DNA of 63,997 nt, filler included, from Octopus bimaculoides (taxonomy: Eukaryota), in assembly GCF_001194135.2 (NCBI RefSeq). It is 8 parts of 6 records of this genome, joined end to end, with 100 filler letters (N's around TTAATTAATTAA, not from the genome) between each part and the next. Parts side by side here need not be neighbours in the genome. Positions count along the whole stretch, not along the records: positions 37,538 to 42,269 come from NC_068988.1; positions 42,370 to 49,574 come from NC_068988.1; positions 49,675 to 56,128 come from NC_068990.1; 5 more parts are not named here. One strand, written 5' to 3'. Below the pieces are notes generated by a model. It ran no database searches and had not been told where the DNA came from. It was given only the letters and a program-made list of their open reading frames with translations. A program made the translations under genes and the position numbers. This document shows positions 39,031 through 50,663 of this stretch, in pieces (the stretch's first letter is position 1; each line of letters starts with the position of its first letter).

Positions 39031-39469
39031 TAAACGATAAATCTGTTCCTTTAAATGATTTTCAATGAGACTAACTCACAGCAGTAGAGACCGTTTCTGT
39101 AAATACGTAAGAGACATGCCATTGAGAGAAGGATTGGTGAATTATTTACAATTTCATAAAGAGACAACATTTTACATGTTGATGCTAGTAAAATTGCTTC
39201 TGCGTATATTTTTCTGCGGAAGTAGCAACGTTTTTAGTACAAATGTAACTAATCTTCACTCCGTTTTTTTCATTTCATTTGACAATCTTGTAATATTTAT
39301 TGTCAGGGTGTGGGAATATTTATATAAAAACTTAAGAAGATTGTAGCAGTATTAAAACGAACATCTAACATAATTATGTTATGTTAGTATTATTTTGTAT
39401 ATAATGTTTCCTATTTTAAAACCATTTTATACTGTAATTAGCAGCACGATTAAAAATTTGCTCACCCGG

Positions 39470-39512
<43 letters not shown>

Positions 39513-39522
39513 NNNNNNNNNN

Positions 39523-39560
<38 letters not shown>

Positions 39561-39724
39561 ACACACATCAGCTTATAATGTCATTAAGTGTATTAAGACA
39601 AGCGGTGTGGGAAGAAGGAGAGTTAACCTTTAACTTTTCTGTTAAAGTATTGCAAGGTTTACTGTAAGAGCACAGTTTACCAGGATCTACATTTAGAATT
39701 GTATATAAATGTTGGCTTCAACTT

Positions 39725-39921
39725 GGCACAAGACCAGTGGTTTCGAGGGAAGGGTTAAGCCGATTACATCGAATCCAGTGTTCAACTGGTACTTATTTAA
39801 TCTTCCTCGAAAGGATGAAAGGCAAAGTCGACCACAGCAGAATTTGAACACAGAACGTAAAGACGGACGAAATGCCGCTAAGCATTTTCCCCGGCGTGTT
39901 AACGGTTCTGCCACCTCACCG
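39725..39921 (-). mobile_element. Meta-like tRNA SINE
   Basis: The reverse complement aligns to 21833-22046. Confidence 0.85.
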
Positions 39922-40023
39922 ACTTAACATTGCATTTAAATATCAACACGATGACTTGCATATTTATTAATACATTCCAGCAGATTCAAATGTGAATACG
40001 CTAATCCCTGTTGTGATGACGAT

Positions 40024-40175
40024 GGACCCTTTGAATTAAGGTTACAATTCATTTGTGCCAGGTGAATGGACTGGAGCAGTGTGAAACAAAGTATCTTGCT
40101 CAAGAATATAACGAGCTGCTGGGTATTGAACTCACGATCGCGAACCGAATACCCTAACCACTAAGCTACGAGCCT
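40024..40175 (-). mobile_element. tRNA-derived SINE (third family), 5' part
   Basis: Head aaggctcgtagcttagtggttagggtattcgg and body ttgagcaagatactttgtttcacactgctccagtccattcac, homologous to 60620-60770. Confidence 0.7.
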
Positions 40176-40363
40176 TCATCAGGATATATATAATAGCAAA
40201 GGTTTAAATAAATATTTCATCTTCACTTGGATTAAAATTGGGTTTAACTCATTTGATACCCACCTGTCACTAACTGTCCTTGCTTCCATAATACAAACTT
40301 CCTGTTTTAAATGATCTAAATTAAAGCCTACCCCCAAGTTCCATGTTTCAGCCTAACAAGTAA

Positions 40364-40768
40364 GGCGGCGAGCTGGCAGAAACATTAACACCCCGGGGAA
40401 AATGCTTAGCGGTATTTCGTCTGCCGTTACGTTCTGAGTTCAAATTTCGCCGAGATTGACTTTGCCTTTCATCTCTTCGGGGTCGAGAAATTAAGTATCA
40501 GTTACAGACTGGGGTCGATGTAATCGACTTAATCCCTTTGTCCTTGTTTGTCCCCTCTATGTTTAGCCCCTTGTGGGCAATAAAAAAATAAGAAACGTTA
40601 ACATGCCGGGCGAAATGCTTAGCGGTATTTCGCCTGTCTTTACGTTATGAGTTCAAATTCCGCCGAGGTGGACTTTGCCTTTCATCCTTTCGGGGTCGAA
40701 AAATTAAGTACCAGTAGCGTACTGGGGTCGATCCCAAATTTTCGGTCCTTGTGCCTAGAGTAGAAAAG
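40364..40768 (+). mobile_element. Head-to-tail dimer of the Meta-like SINE
   Basis: Copy 1 (40364-40591) has tail ttaatccctttg...gccccttgtgggcaat. Copy 2 (40592-40768) starts at gaaacgttaac and has the alternative ccttgtgcctagag tail. Confidence 0.9.
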
Positions 40769-41216
40769 ATTTCAGCTTAACAAGGAGTAAGTTTATTAAA
40801 TTCATTTTTTTTTTTTTGATCAGAAATGTAAAAATATGGTTAAACACATGATGTATCAAAATAGCATAAACCGCAAAACTTCGGATTGAAGAACTATTTC
40901 TAAACCATGTCAGTATATAGAATACGTTTAATTCGTACACCTGTAGGCCTCAGAACCCCCTTCCCGGGCCATAGTGACACTAAACAATTCCTCTACCAAT
41001 TCGTTTACCCCGAAAACGAATTGTTGAAGAATAGCAAAGAATTCATGACGTGCATAGTAATTCTGATACCAGAATCACTAACTAGATTGAACCCTCTGCG
41101 AAACACTCAAGTCTTGGACGTGACTCGTGTTTGTGTACGTGTGTACGCGTATATGTGTGTCTGTTCACATGTATATATATATGTGTGTGTGTGTGTGTGT
41201 GCGTGTGTGTGTGTGC

Positions 41217-41254
<38 letters not shown>

Positions 41255-41788
41255 GCGTGTGTGTGTGTGTGCGTGTGTGTGTGTGCGTGTATCTAAAACA
41301 AATCTACGCACACACATACACATATACACACTAATACATATACATATAGATATAGATATGCATTCATACATACAAGCATATATGCATATGTGTGTGTGTG
41401 TGTGTGTGTTTGTGTGTGTGTGTCTGTGTATAGGTCGATTAGTTTATCAGTTAGTCGGTCGGTCGATTAGTGGAGAGGTCATACACACATATTTACATAC
41501 ACACACATACACATACACACGCACGCAGACACACACACATACAGAGGGAGACTGAGGAGAGAGAGAGAGTGAGAGAGAGAGGGAGTTAGAGAGAGAAAGA
41601 GGAAGAGAGAGAGAAAGAGAGAGAGAGAGAAGTTGACTGATAGACGGACCGGAAGACAAACACACGTATTTAAGCAGTAATAAATATAGATTATTTCTCA
41701 ATAACGTTTCAAAAAATTAAGGAATATACATTATTAAGACATTTAAGATGTGTGTGTGTGTGCGCGCGTATGCGGGCGAGTAAATATG

Positions 41789-41876
<88 letters not shown>

Positions 41877-41971
41877 TGTGTGCTTGTGTGTGTGCGTGTG
41901 TGCATGTATTTATTATTCAATGCTGCTGTTATTGTATCTCCTACTATGCTTGTTGCTGCTGCTGCTGCTGC

Positions 41972-42002
<31 letters not shown>

Positions 42003-42537
42003 CTTCTTCTTCTTCTTCTTCTTCTTCTTCTTCTTCTTCTTCTTCTTCTTCTTCTTCTTGCAATTGTTGTTGATGCTGATGCTGTTACTGTTGGTTTCGT
42101 ACCAGCTCCTAAGTTCATTCTCCTTGCGAAGGTAATTTTTTTCTTCTACATTGCTCTGGTTGTTGTTGGCGTTGTACGCATTTACTTTTGTTTCATTGCC
42201 ATCCAAATCAGGCAGTATTCCCATCACTTTGGAAACCCCTATATATATGTATATACATATATGTATATANNNNNNNNNNNNNNNNNNNNNNNNNNNNNNN
42301 NNNNNNNNNNNNNTTAATTAATTAANNNNNNNNNNNNNNNNNNNNNNNNNNNNNNNNNNNNNNNNNNNNTATGTAAACAGAGTTAGCGGTTATAGTAACT
42401 GACTAAAGGATAAAATATCTGGATATACTATTGGTATCCATTACCTGTATCATCCCTGGGCAATGGTGTGCTGACACACCATGCATGTAGAGTGCAAATA
42501 ACAATAGGATAAACAAGAGTTTATCGGAAACCAATGC

Positions 42538-43163
42538 AAATAATTAGAAAATAGAGAAAGCCACAGATTAACCAATACATCGATTCAACCACATTTATAG
42601 CTTATTTTTTAATACAAAGCATGACATAACAAAATAGGTGATGTAACATATCTTACGGCTGTTACTGATCAGATTGCCAAAATGCAGTCTATGAATAAAT
42701 GCAAGAATAAAGTTCATCTTCATAGGGCATTCGAATTAAGGCAACGGATCTTCATCAGAGTGAAAAGCAAGACAATATAGACAAAAGGAAGAAGCTTTTA
42801 CCTACCGATCCTGTTGCCCCTGATGGTAAATAATTATGTGCATTTAACATATTGGGTGTCTAAACTATTTGCCTAAACCATTTTTTCTTTCCTTTTCCCT
42901 CTTCCTTTTGTTTATATTGTATGCTCTTGTTTTTTTACTCTGATGAAGATCCGTTGCCGTAATTCGAATGCTCTATGAAGATGAAGAACTTTATTCTCGC
43001 ATTTATGTATAGACTGCATTTTAGTTATCCAATCAGTAACAGCCGTGAGATATGTTATGTCACCTATTTTGTTATGCCATGCTTTGTATTAAAAAATAAG
43101 CTATAAATGTGGTCCAATCGATGTGTTGGTTAATCTGTGGTTTTCTCCATTTTCTAATTATTT
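42538..43163. repeat. Long inverted repeat (fold-back), arms about 255-265 bp
   Basis: 42538-42792 is the reverse complement of 42900-43163, with a spacer of about 107 bp. Confidence 0.9.
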
Positions 43164-43498
43164 ATATATATATATATATATATATATNNNNNNNNNNNNN
43201 NNNNNNNNNNNNNNNNNNNNNNNNNNNNNNNNNNNNNNNNNNNNNNNNNNNNNNNNNNNNNNNNNNNNNNNNNNNNNNNNNNNNNNNNNNNNNNNNNNNN
43301 NNNNNNNNNNNNNNNNNNNNNNNNNNNNNNNNNNNNNNNNNNNNNNNNNNNNNNNNNNNNNNNNNNNNNNNNNNNNNNNNNNNNNNNNNNNNNNNNNNNN
43401 NNNNNNNNNNNNNNNNNNNNNNNNNNNNNNNNNNNNNNNNNNNNNNNNNNNNNNNNNNNNNNNNNNNNNNNNNNATATATATATATATATATATATAC

Positions 43499-43529
<31 letters not shown>

Positions 43530-43699
43530 CATACACACATACATACATATATGTGTGTGCATAGGTATGTATGTGTGCATGTGTGTTACTGTCTCCTTGC
43601 CTTGACATCCCTGCAAGGGTCATTGACAAAAGGACCTCCACCGATTTTGAAGACAGTGACTTTGTTCTAGTCTTCAGTCAAGACTTCTTGGCAAACAGA

Positions 43700-44250
43700 A
43701 CTCTTGTAAAGAGAAAGCCTCCATGCTTGCGGTCCACTTTGCACTGTTATGTCTCTTCGTCCCTCCCTACATCTCTCTCTCTTTCCAAGTATCTTTGGAA
43801 ACAGGATACAATGTGTCTCATTTTCAAGAATGTTGACCCTTGGTCAACTATTATTATCCAGTCTTCTTCATTTCCTACATCTCAAAAGTTATTAGCAACT
43901 TTCTCCAATATCATAGTCCTCTCTCTCTCCTTAATGACTATCTGCAAACCCAGATCTACTGCAGACCTACTCACAATATATCAGTAAAGTATTTCAACAT
44001 GTCTAGTGTAAGAATGTCTTGGATAGACTGCCTGTCATTTCTGGACATCACTCATCTATTGTCCCTTGAATTTAAAGCTTCTTATCATAACATACCATTG
44101 CAGCTTGCCTTGATAAAGCTCTTTCTGACACACACATTAACGACATTAGTGTGTCCCAAGGTTTGTTTTGTTCCCTCCACCATCACCTTTTCCTGTGCAT
44201 CAACAAACTCCTCCATCATTTTTCATCTTCCTCTTCAATCTTGCTTGCTT
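43700..44250 (+). mobile_element. Degraded LINE RT fragment (CR1/L2/Jockey-like)
   Basis: FP..WK-like, DP..NY..IS-like, RSTADLL and AFDK-like (gccttgataaag) motifs occur in the expected order. Confidence 0.45.
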
Positions 44251-44625
44251 GCAATGTTACACAGCCAAACCGCCACCTAATAGGAAAATAGTTTGAAAGT
44301 GAAGTGCCCTGAAATGTGAATACAAACGGAATAAAACAAGTTTCATGTAAATTGGACCATTGGTTATTGAGATGTTTGGGGTTTTGGGGTATAAATACCC
44401 AAAACGGTGCATAATGGGAAAATACTCTGAAAATAACTTAACCCTGAAAGGGAAGAAACTCTAACCTTTCCATGAGACACATTATGATGGGCCAAGTATT
44501 TTTAAGTGAAAATAACTTTAAAAATACGGTAAATATTTCATAAAAGACCCATTTGTAACCTTGGTGTGAAATAGTTTTTTTCCTATAGCTTTATTTCAAG
44601 TGCATTCAACATATCTCACTTCCAA

Positions 44626-44740
44626 AGATTTGGCTGCTATTTCTAGCACGCCCTGCTACCACGTAACAGATATTTGCGATAAAGGACCTGAAATACCTGT
44701 TATGTGGTAGCAGGGCGTGCAAGAAATAGCAGCGAAATCT
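44626..44740. other. 115-nt near-perfect hairpin
   Basis: 44-bp arms (44626-44669 and 44697-44740) with 3 mismatches and a 27-nt loop. Confidence 0.9.
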
Positions 44741-46401
44741 TTCCTTTTCTTGAAAAGGAGTTGTTTACATGTGATTTTGATATCACATTTGTTGAAAGCA
44801 TGCAAAATAACAGAAAAAAAACACCCACAAAACAAAACACCATTGCTGGGAAACTCAGACTTCCCAGTGACCCAACGGGTCATGGTTAGTCTAGTATATA
44901 TGCATGTATATATGTATATTTATATATTGACGACACCATGAGATTTTGGAAACTGAGAATGTGAAATAATTCCTTTTTTTGGAACAGTGAAACTCAAAGC
45001 AGACTCCATTTTTAACACCTTTTTTTTAAATCTGCTATCACTCTCAATGTCTTCACATATCTAACATAAATCCCTGTGAGCCACTCCTATATCTCTCATC
45101 ATAACTTTCTACAGCTACTTCTATCCCATCTCTAACCAACTTCCTTCACATTCTTATGAAACTTTCTCATCTGTACCCACTGACCACTCACCTATTCCAA
45201 TCCTTTGTATCACTTCACCTATATCCTATCCCCACTCTACTTTGAGAGTATGTCCTGACACATATCCACTTTCTCCATCTCTATTTTTCTAAGTCCCTCT
45301 TTCTCTCCCTCCTTTCCCATCTGGGGTATCCTTGTGTCTTTTCTACAGCAAGACACCCATCTCTATCTCTCTATTATTCTTTTGACCACTCATCAACTGG
45401 CTCAAAGCCATCTCCCTCAATACTGTTCTCCTATCCCAGTACACCTTTCAAAGTGGTTGGTGTTAGGAGGGGCACCCAACCAAAAAGACCATGTCAATAG
45501 AGCTTGGCACAGTCCTCTGGCTTGCCAGTTCTTGTCAAACTGTCCAATCCATGCTAGCATGGATGTTAAGTGATGATATGTATGCGTGTTTGTGCCATTT
45601 ATTTCCAATGCTATGTGAAAACATAGACTTTAGGGAAATATCACCTGGCTTGGAACAAAGTGTAGGTTGGTGACAGGAAGGGCATCTTGATGTAAAAGAT
45701 GTGCCTCAATAAAAACTCTGTCCAACCTTTACAAATGTAGAAAAGTGGACATTAAAACGATGATGATGATATTTAACTATTTAGTGTGTCTTTACTGACT
45801 GCTAGAAAAAATGAAAGAAAGAAATACAATTTAGATTCAAATTTTCAAAGTGTTTATAGATTGTTTATCATGAAAGATGATATCAGTCTCTTCAGAAATA
45901 TCTTATAGTTACATTGATATTGGGTTACTTAAAAAATATATTGATGATATTGATGACTTAAAAAAATATTATATTTAGATAGATGATGGTATTAGTTTTG
46001 AAATATTGTATAAAGATATTGGTTACTAATACAAAGAATTTTATGTGAAGATAGATAACATCGATTACTCCAAAGTTAAAATGAATAGGTGATAGGTCTT
46101 TATCCTCCTCCTCCTCCTCCTCCTCCTCCTCCTCATCATCATCATCGTCAACGTCATTGTCGTTGTCGTTGTCGTCATCAATGTCATCGCCATCGTCATT
46201 GTCCATAGATGGAAAAATCAAAAAAATTTCACAACACAAAATTGAATTGAGATGTCCTCCAAGTCTAGGGGACAACAAGAAAAGAACTTGCTTTCCATGA
46301 TAGTATAAATTCCAAAACTGGGCACAACAACTATCTGTGGTTTCCTTACAAAATTATTTACAGAGTGGGGTCAAGCATTGCTTGCCATGCTGATGGCTGT
46401 A

Positions 46402-46450
46402 AATAATAATAATAATAATGGTAATAATAATAATAATAGTAATAATAATG

Positions 46451-46496
<46 letters not shown>

Positions 46497-46503
46497 TAAT
46501 AAA

Positions 46504-46557
<54 letters not shown>
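46402..46557. repeat. (AAT)n microsatellite
   Basis: Slightly interrupted array; source of the poly-Asn stretch in ORF 46378. Confidence 0.95.
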
Positions 46558-46559
<2 letters not shown>

Positions 46560-47170
46560 GGAATATATTCACAGACACGACAGAGCTGGGACCTATATAC
46601 ACTGGAAGCTATGCCAACATTATGGAATAGCAACAGAAAAAAGATGGTATAAACACACGCCAGAAAAGGTCACAGAAAACGAGAAAGCAACCATACTCTG
46701 GGATATGCCAATACACACAGATAGAGAAATTAAGGCAAATAGACCAGATATAGTTGTCAAAGATCATGAAGGAAAAAAATGCCTTCTAATTGATGTTTCA
46801 ATACCAGCAGATGACAACGTTTCTCTAAAAGAAATGGAAAAACTTTCAAAATACAAAGACCTGGAAATAGAGATAACTCGAATGTGGAATCTAAAAACAG
46901 AAACAATTCCTATCATAGTAGGTGCCTTAGGTATAATAAAAAAATATTCAGACAAATACATAACAAAAACACCAGGACTTACAAATATATATAACATACA
47001 GAAAATTGCACTACTGGGTACTGCACACATTCTACGCAAAACACTTTCAATACAGTAAACATAAGAGCACCACAGCAAACCACAGCACATACCCAAGGCG
47101 CACAGAGCTGCGCTCGGTAGTGAAGTGAAAGCACGTTATAAAAATAAAACTACTGAATAATAATAATAAT
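46558..47170 (+). mobile_element. R4/Dong-like LINE 3' end: intact RLE endonuclease frame, 3' UTR and (AAT)n tail
   Basis: YIHRHD..IHWKLC, ILWDMPIHTDREIKANRPDIVV..LIDVSIP..KLSKYKDL..GALG..QKIALLGTAHILRK* (stop 47056-47058) form a PD-(D/E)xK restriction-like endonuclease region. The tail is at 47156-47170. Confidence 0.93.
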
Positions 47171-47455
47171 GATATCAACAATAATGATACTTTTATTTTA
47201 TAGAAACAAAAGGATGTGCAGTGAGAGGAATGGTATGGAACCACACTGTATAGTTACAGTATTGTGTTTGATGTTCTGGATTTATATCCTCAACATTCTT
47301 AACCACTGAGTCAAATGTAAAATGTTTAATGAATTATAACCATTAGTGTTTTGAGAATGTGTAGCCTTCTGCCAACCTGTGAAATTCTACAGAACTGAAA
47401 TAAACAATGAAATCTAGTTAACCCTTTCACAGGCACCAAGGTTTCGATATACTTA

Positions 47456-47613
47456 GATGTGGTTGTGTGGGTAAGAGGTTTCTCAGTCACTTAGTCTTGA
47501 GTTCAGTCTCACTGCATGATATCTTGGGCAAGTGTTTTCTGCTGTAGCTCCAGGCTCCAAAACCTTGTAACTGGATATGGTAGACAGAAACTGAAAGAAG
47601 CCTGTCATGTATG

Positions 47614-47615
<2 letters not shown>
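47456..47615 (+). mobile_element. CORE-type SINE head and body
   Basis: atcttgggcaagtgttttct...ggtagacagaaactgaaagaagcctgtc, homologous to 28188-28340. Confidence 0.75.
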
Positions 47616-47680
<65 letters not shown>

Positions 47681-47682
<2 letters not shown>

Positions 47683-48515
47683 GTGCATTCCATAAGTTTT
47701 GAGACATTTTCAGGAGATATTAGTTTAATTTCAAATAAGTACAAAACTCTAATCTCCTTCAAAGTAGAATCCTCTGACTTCAAGGCACTTGTGAAGGCCC
47801 CATGGAAATCTTCCATAGTGAAAGTGTCCAGGACCCTTGTCACAACTACCTTCATCTTCTTCAGTTTGGGAACAAGCAAAAACCACAGGGAGCTAGGTCT
47901 GGACTTTGGGGAGAGCAAAGGACACATTTGATGCCCATCTCTGTCAAGTAGTTGGTGACCAAGATGTAATTGCAGACTGATGCATTGTCCTGGTGCAGGT
48001 GCTCTGGTCTTATGTGATGAAATCTTTTCCTGAACTCCCTCAGAGCCCCCTCCACAAAGTACTCTTTGTTGATCATCTGGCCAAAGGGAACCGAGTGGAT
48101 GTAGATGATGCCTATACCCTTGTTCTCATAAAAGGGGCTCATAATGAGCTTCCTGGTGGACTCGCTTTTCCTGGCCTCTTGTGTTAGCATAAAACAGATG
48201 CTTAGCTCATACAAATTAATCCATATGTAGCTTAGAGCATTTCATAAGTATCTATAGCATTTTGCCCAGTTCAACACAAAACTTTATTGCATAGGAAATT
48301 CTAAATTGCTTTCACATCCCGACTGCATTCTGCAAACTAGTCAGGTGTGATAAGTAGTGATCAGTAACATGTGTTCAAAGTGCTGTTACAGCTGTCTCCA
48401 GGAATAAAAAAAAAAGTTGGCAGATCAGCTTAACAGATGTATAGCAATGATATACAAAAATTACAATTTTAGGACAATTATAACTGCCTCTCCAAAAAAA
48501 GTCTCCGAAGACCAG
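47681..48515 (-). mobile_element. Mariner (DD34D-type) remnant
   Basis: HLHQDNA..SPQSPDLAPCGF, with 34 residues between D and the final D position (here G), and upstream HSVPFGQMINKEYFVE..LREFRKR. The right boundary is uncertain. Confidence 0.8.
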
Positions 48516-48521
48516 GGCTGT

Positions 48522-48583
<62 letters not shown>

Positions 48584-49674
48584 TACACACACATATGTGT
48601 GTGTGCATTCTTGTGTGTGTGGGTGCATGTGTGTGTGTGCATGCATGTGTGTGTATGCGTGTGTGTGAGTGTGTGTGTGTGTTTATGTTTCCTTGTCTTA
48701 ACAGTGTGCAATGTTGTTAAAGAATGTCATTCATTTCCGTTATTCTGAGAAAAAAATCTGACCATGGGGAAATATTACCTTGCTTAGAAACAAGTCAGGA
48801 TTGGAGATAAGAAGGGCATTTGGCCATGGAAAATTTGCTTCAATAAACACCATCAGCCTCATGCAAGTATGGAAAAGTGGACATTAAAATGATGATGATG
48901 AATATTACATCCAGCATCAAATAGATAAAAGATGAGAGATTGATATCTCTGCAGATTGGAGACTAATCTCTACGGATAGCAGACAGATAGAATATGTAGG
49001 AGGAAGTATCTTGTTCAATAAAATAGTGAAGTTTTTACGGCAAGATTTGACTCTTCTCACAACCCATGAGACAATAATCACATGCTTTAGCCACTTGACC
49101 ATCCTGTTTCTTCTATTGTATTCAAATCCATACTCAGGCACACTCACACACATGTGCATACATGCATGCACACAAATACACCCACACAATCACACCCACA
49201 CATGCAAACATACATGCACGCTCACACACACACACACACACACAAACGTGTGTGTATGTGTATATGTGTGTGTGTGTGCTTAAGTACGTATGTCCGTTGA
49301 ATATATATTTCTACTAATTTATTCAAATGCATATATGTATGTCTGTATGTGTGTATGTGTATATATATATGTGTATACTTGAATAAATATTATACAAACG
49401 TATAGATATTGATGTATACAAGCATGCATACAAACACTCACACAGAGCATATATATATATATATATATATATATACAAAAATAGATACATGTGTATGTAT
49501 ATGTATACATACATAAAATCACACCTACACACTCACATACATTACACACACAAAATTATATATATATATATATANNNNNNNNNNNNNNNNNNNNNNNNNN
49601 NNNNNNNNNNNNNNNNNNTTAATTAATTAANNNNNNNNNNNNNNNNNNNNNNNNNNNNNNNNNNNNNNNNNNNN

Positions 49675-49959
49675 GAGAAGACCCGGCAAGCCAAGTAAGA
49701 TCGTTGCTAGTGCCCCTGGACTGGCTTGTGCGGGTGGCACATAAAAGACACCATTTCGAGCGTGGCCGTTTTCGTGCGGGTGACACGTAAAAGCACCTAC
49801 TACACTCTCTGAGTGGTTGGCGTTAGGAAGGGCATCCAGCTGTAGAAACTCTGCCAAATTAGATTGGAGCCTGGTGTTGCCATCCGGTTTCACCAGTCCT
49901 CAGTCAAATCGTCCAACCCATGCTAGCATGGAAAGCGGACGTTAAACGATGATGATGAT
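49675..49959 (+). mobile_element. RTE LINE 3' end (ORF end, 3' UTR, (GAT)n tail)
   Basis: Starts with EKTRQAK* and ends ccatgctagcatggaaagcggacgttaaacgatgatgatgat; homologous to the reverse complement of 52313-53010. Confidence 0.9.
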
Positions 49960-50663
49960 TACCATTCTCGTTAGTGCAAAAAATTAAGGAAAACATCAAA
50001 AAAATTATTGACAAAAGAAAATTAGAAGGAAAGCAAACAAGCTATGTTGTAAATAAATTGTAAATGGGGGAAAAAAAAAGAGATACAGGGGCGTGTTAAT
50101 ATAGTTTCAAGTTAGTATTATCATTCAAAACAGTCGTATGTGAAAATCAAATTCTAAATTCAACTTTTAACATCTTCCCTTCTCCATTTTTCTAACTGTT
50201 AGTAGTTTTTATATAAGAATTTATCTTATACATGCCTATTACAAACTTTTTACTTGTTATTTTCATATCTTAAATGCTTGCTATAGCAAGCTATTACTTT
50301 CATATGCAGAATATTTATTAGAAATATATCTTTTTGGACCCCACAAAAAGTTTCACTTGTTCTACTTGAACTTATTTTTCTCACACTAATATATATATAA
50401 GAGACCAAAGTGTATGTACGCCGCCGTATTTTTTTTATAAATAAAAAATGCAAAAATGGGACAAGAACGCAAAACATCCAGACAGTTAGGTGATACAAAA
50501 AAAGGACAACAAAACATCCGAACAGACAATACAAAGAGGACAAGGACAGGTCATTCGGAATTTTCTATCCTCAGTCGAGTTCCAGATTATCTTTGCAATT
50601 TCGGCTGTTATTAATATACATCATTTTAATGAGTAAGAAGGCCGTTTCTAATATAAAATAAAA

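Noticed and set aside
46378-47058. 226-aa ORF as a host gene with a poly-Asn N-terminus
   Set aside because: The N-terminus is an in-frame (AAT)n microsatellite and the rest is a LINE RLE domain.
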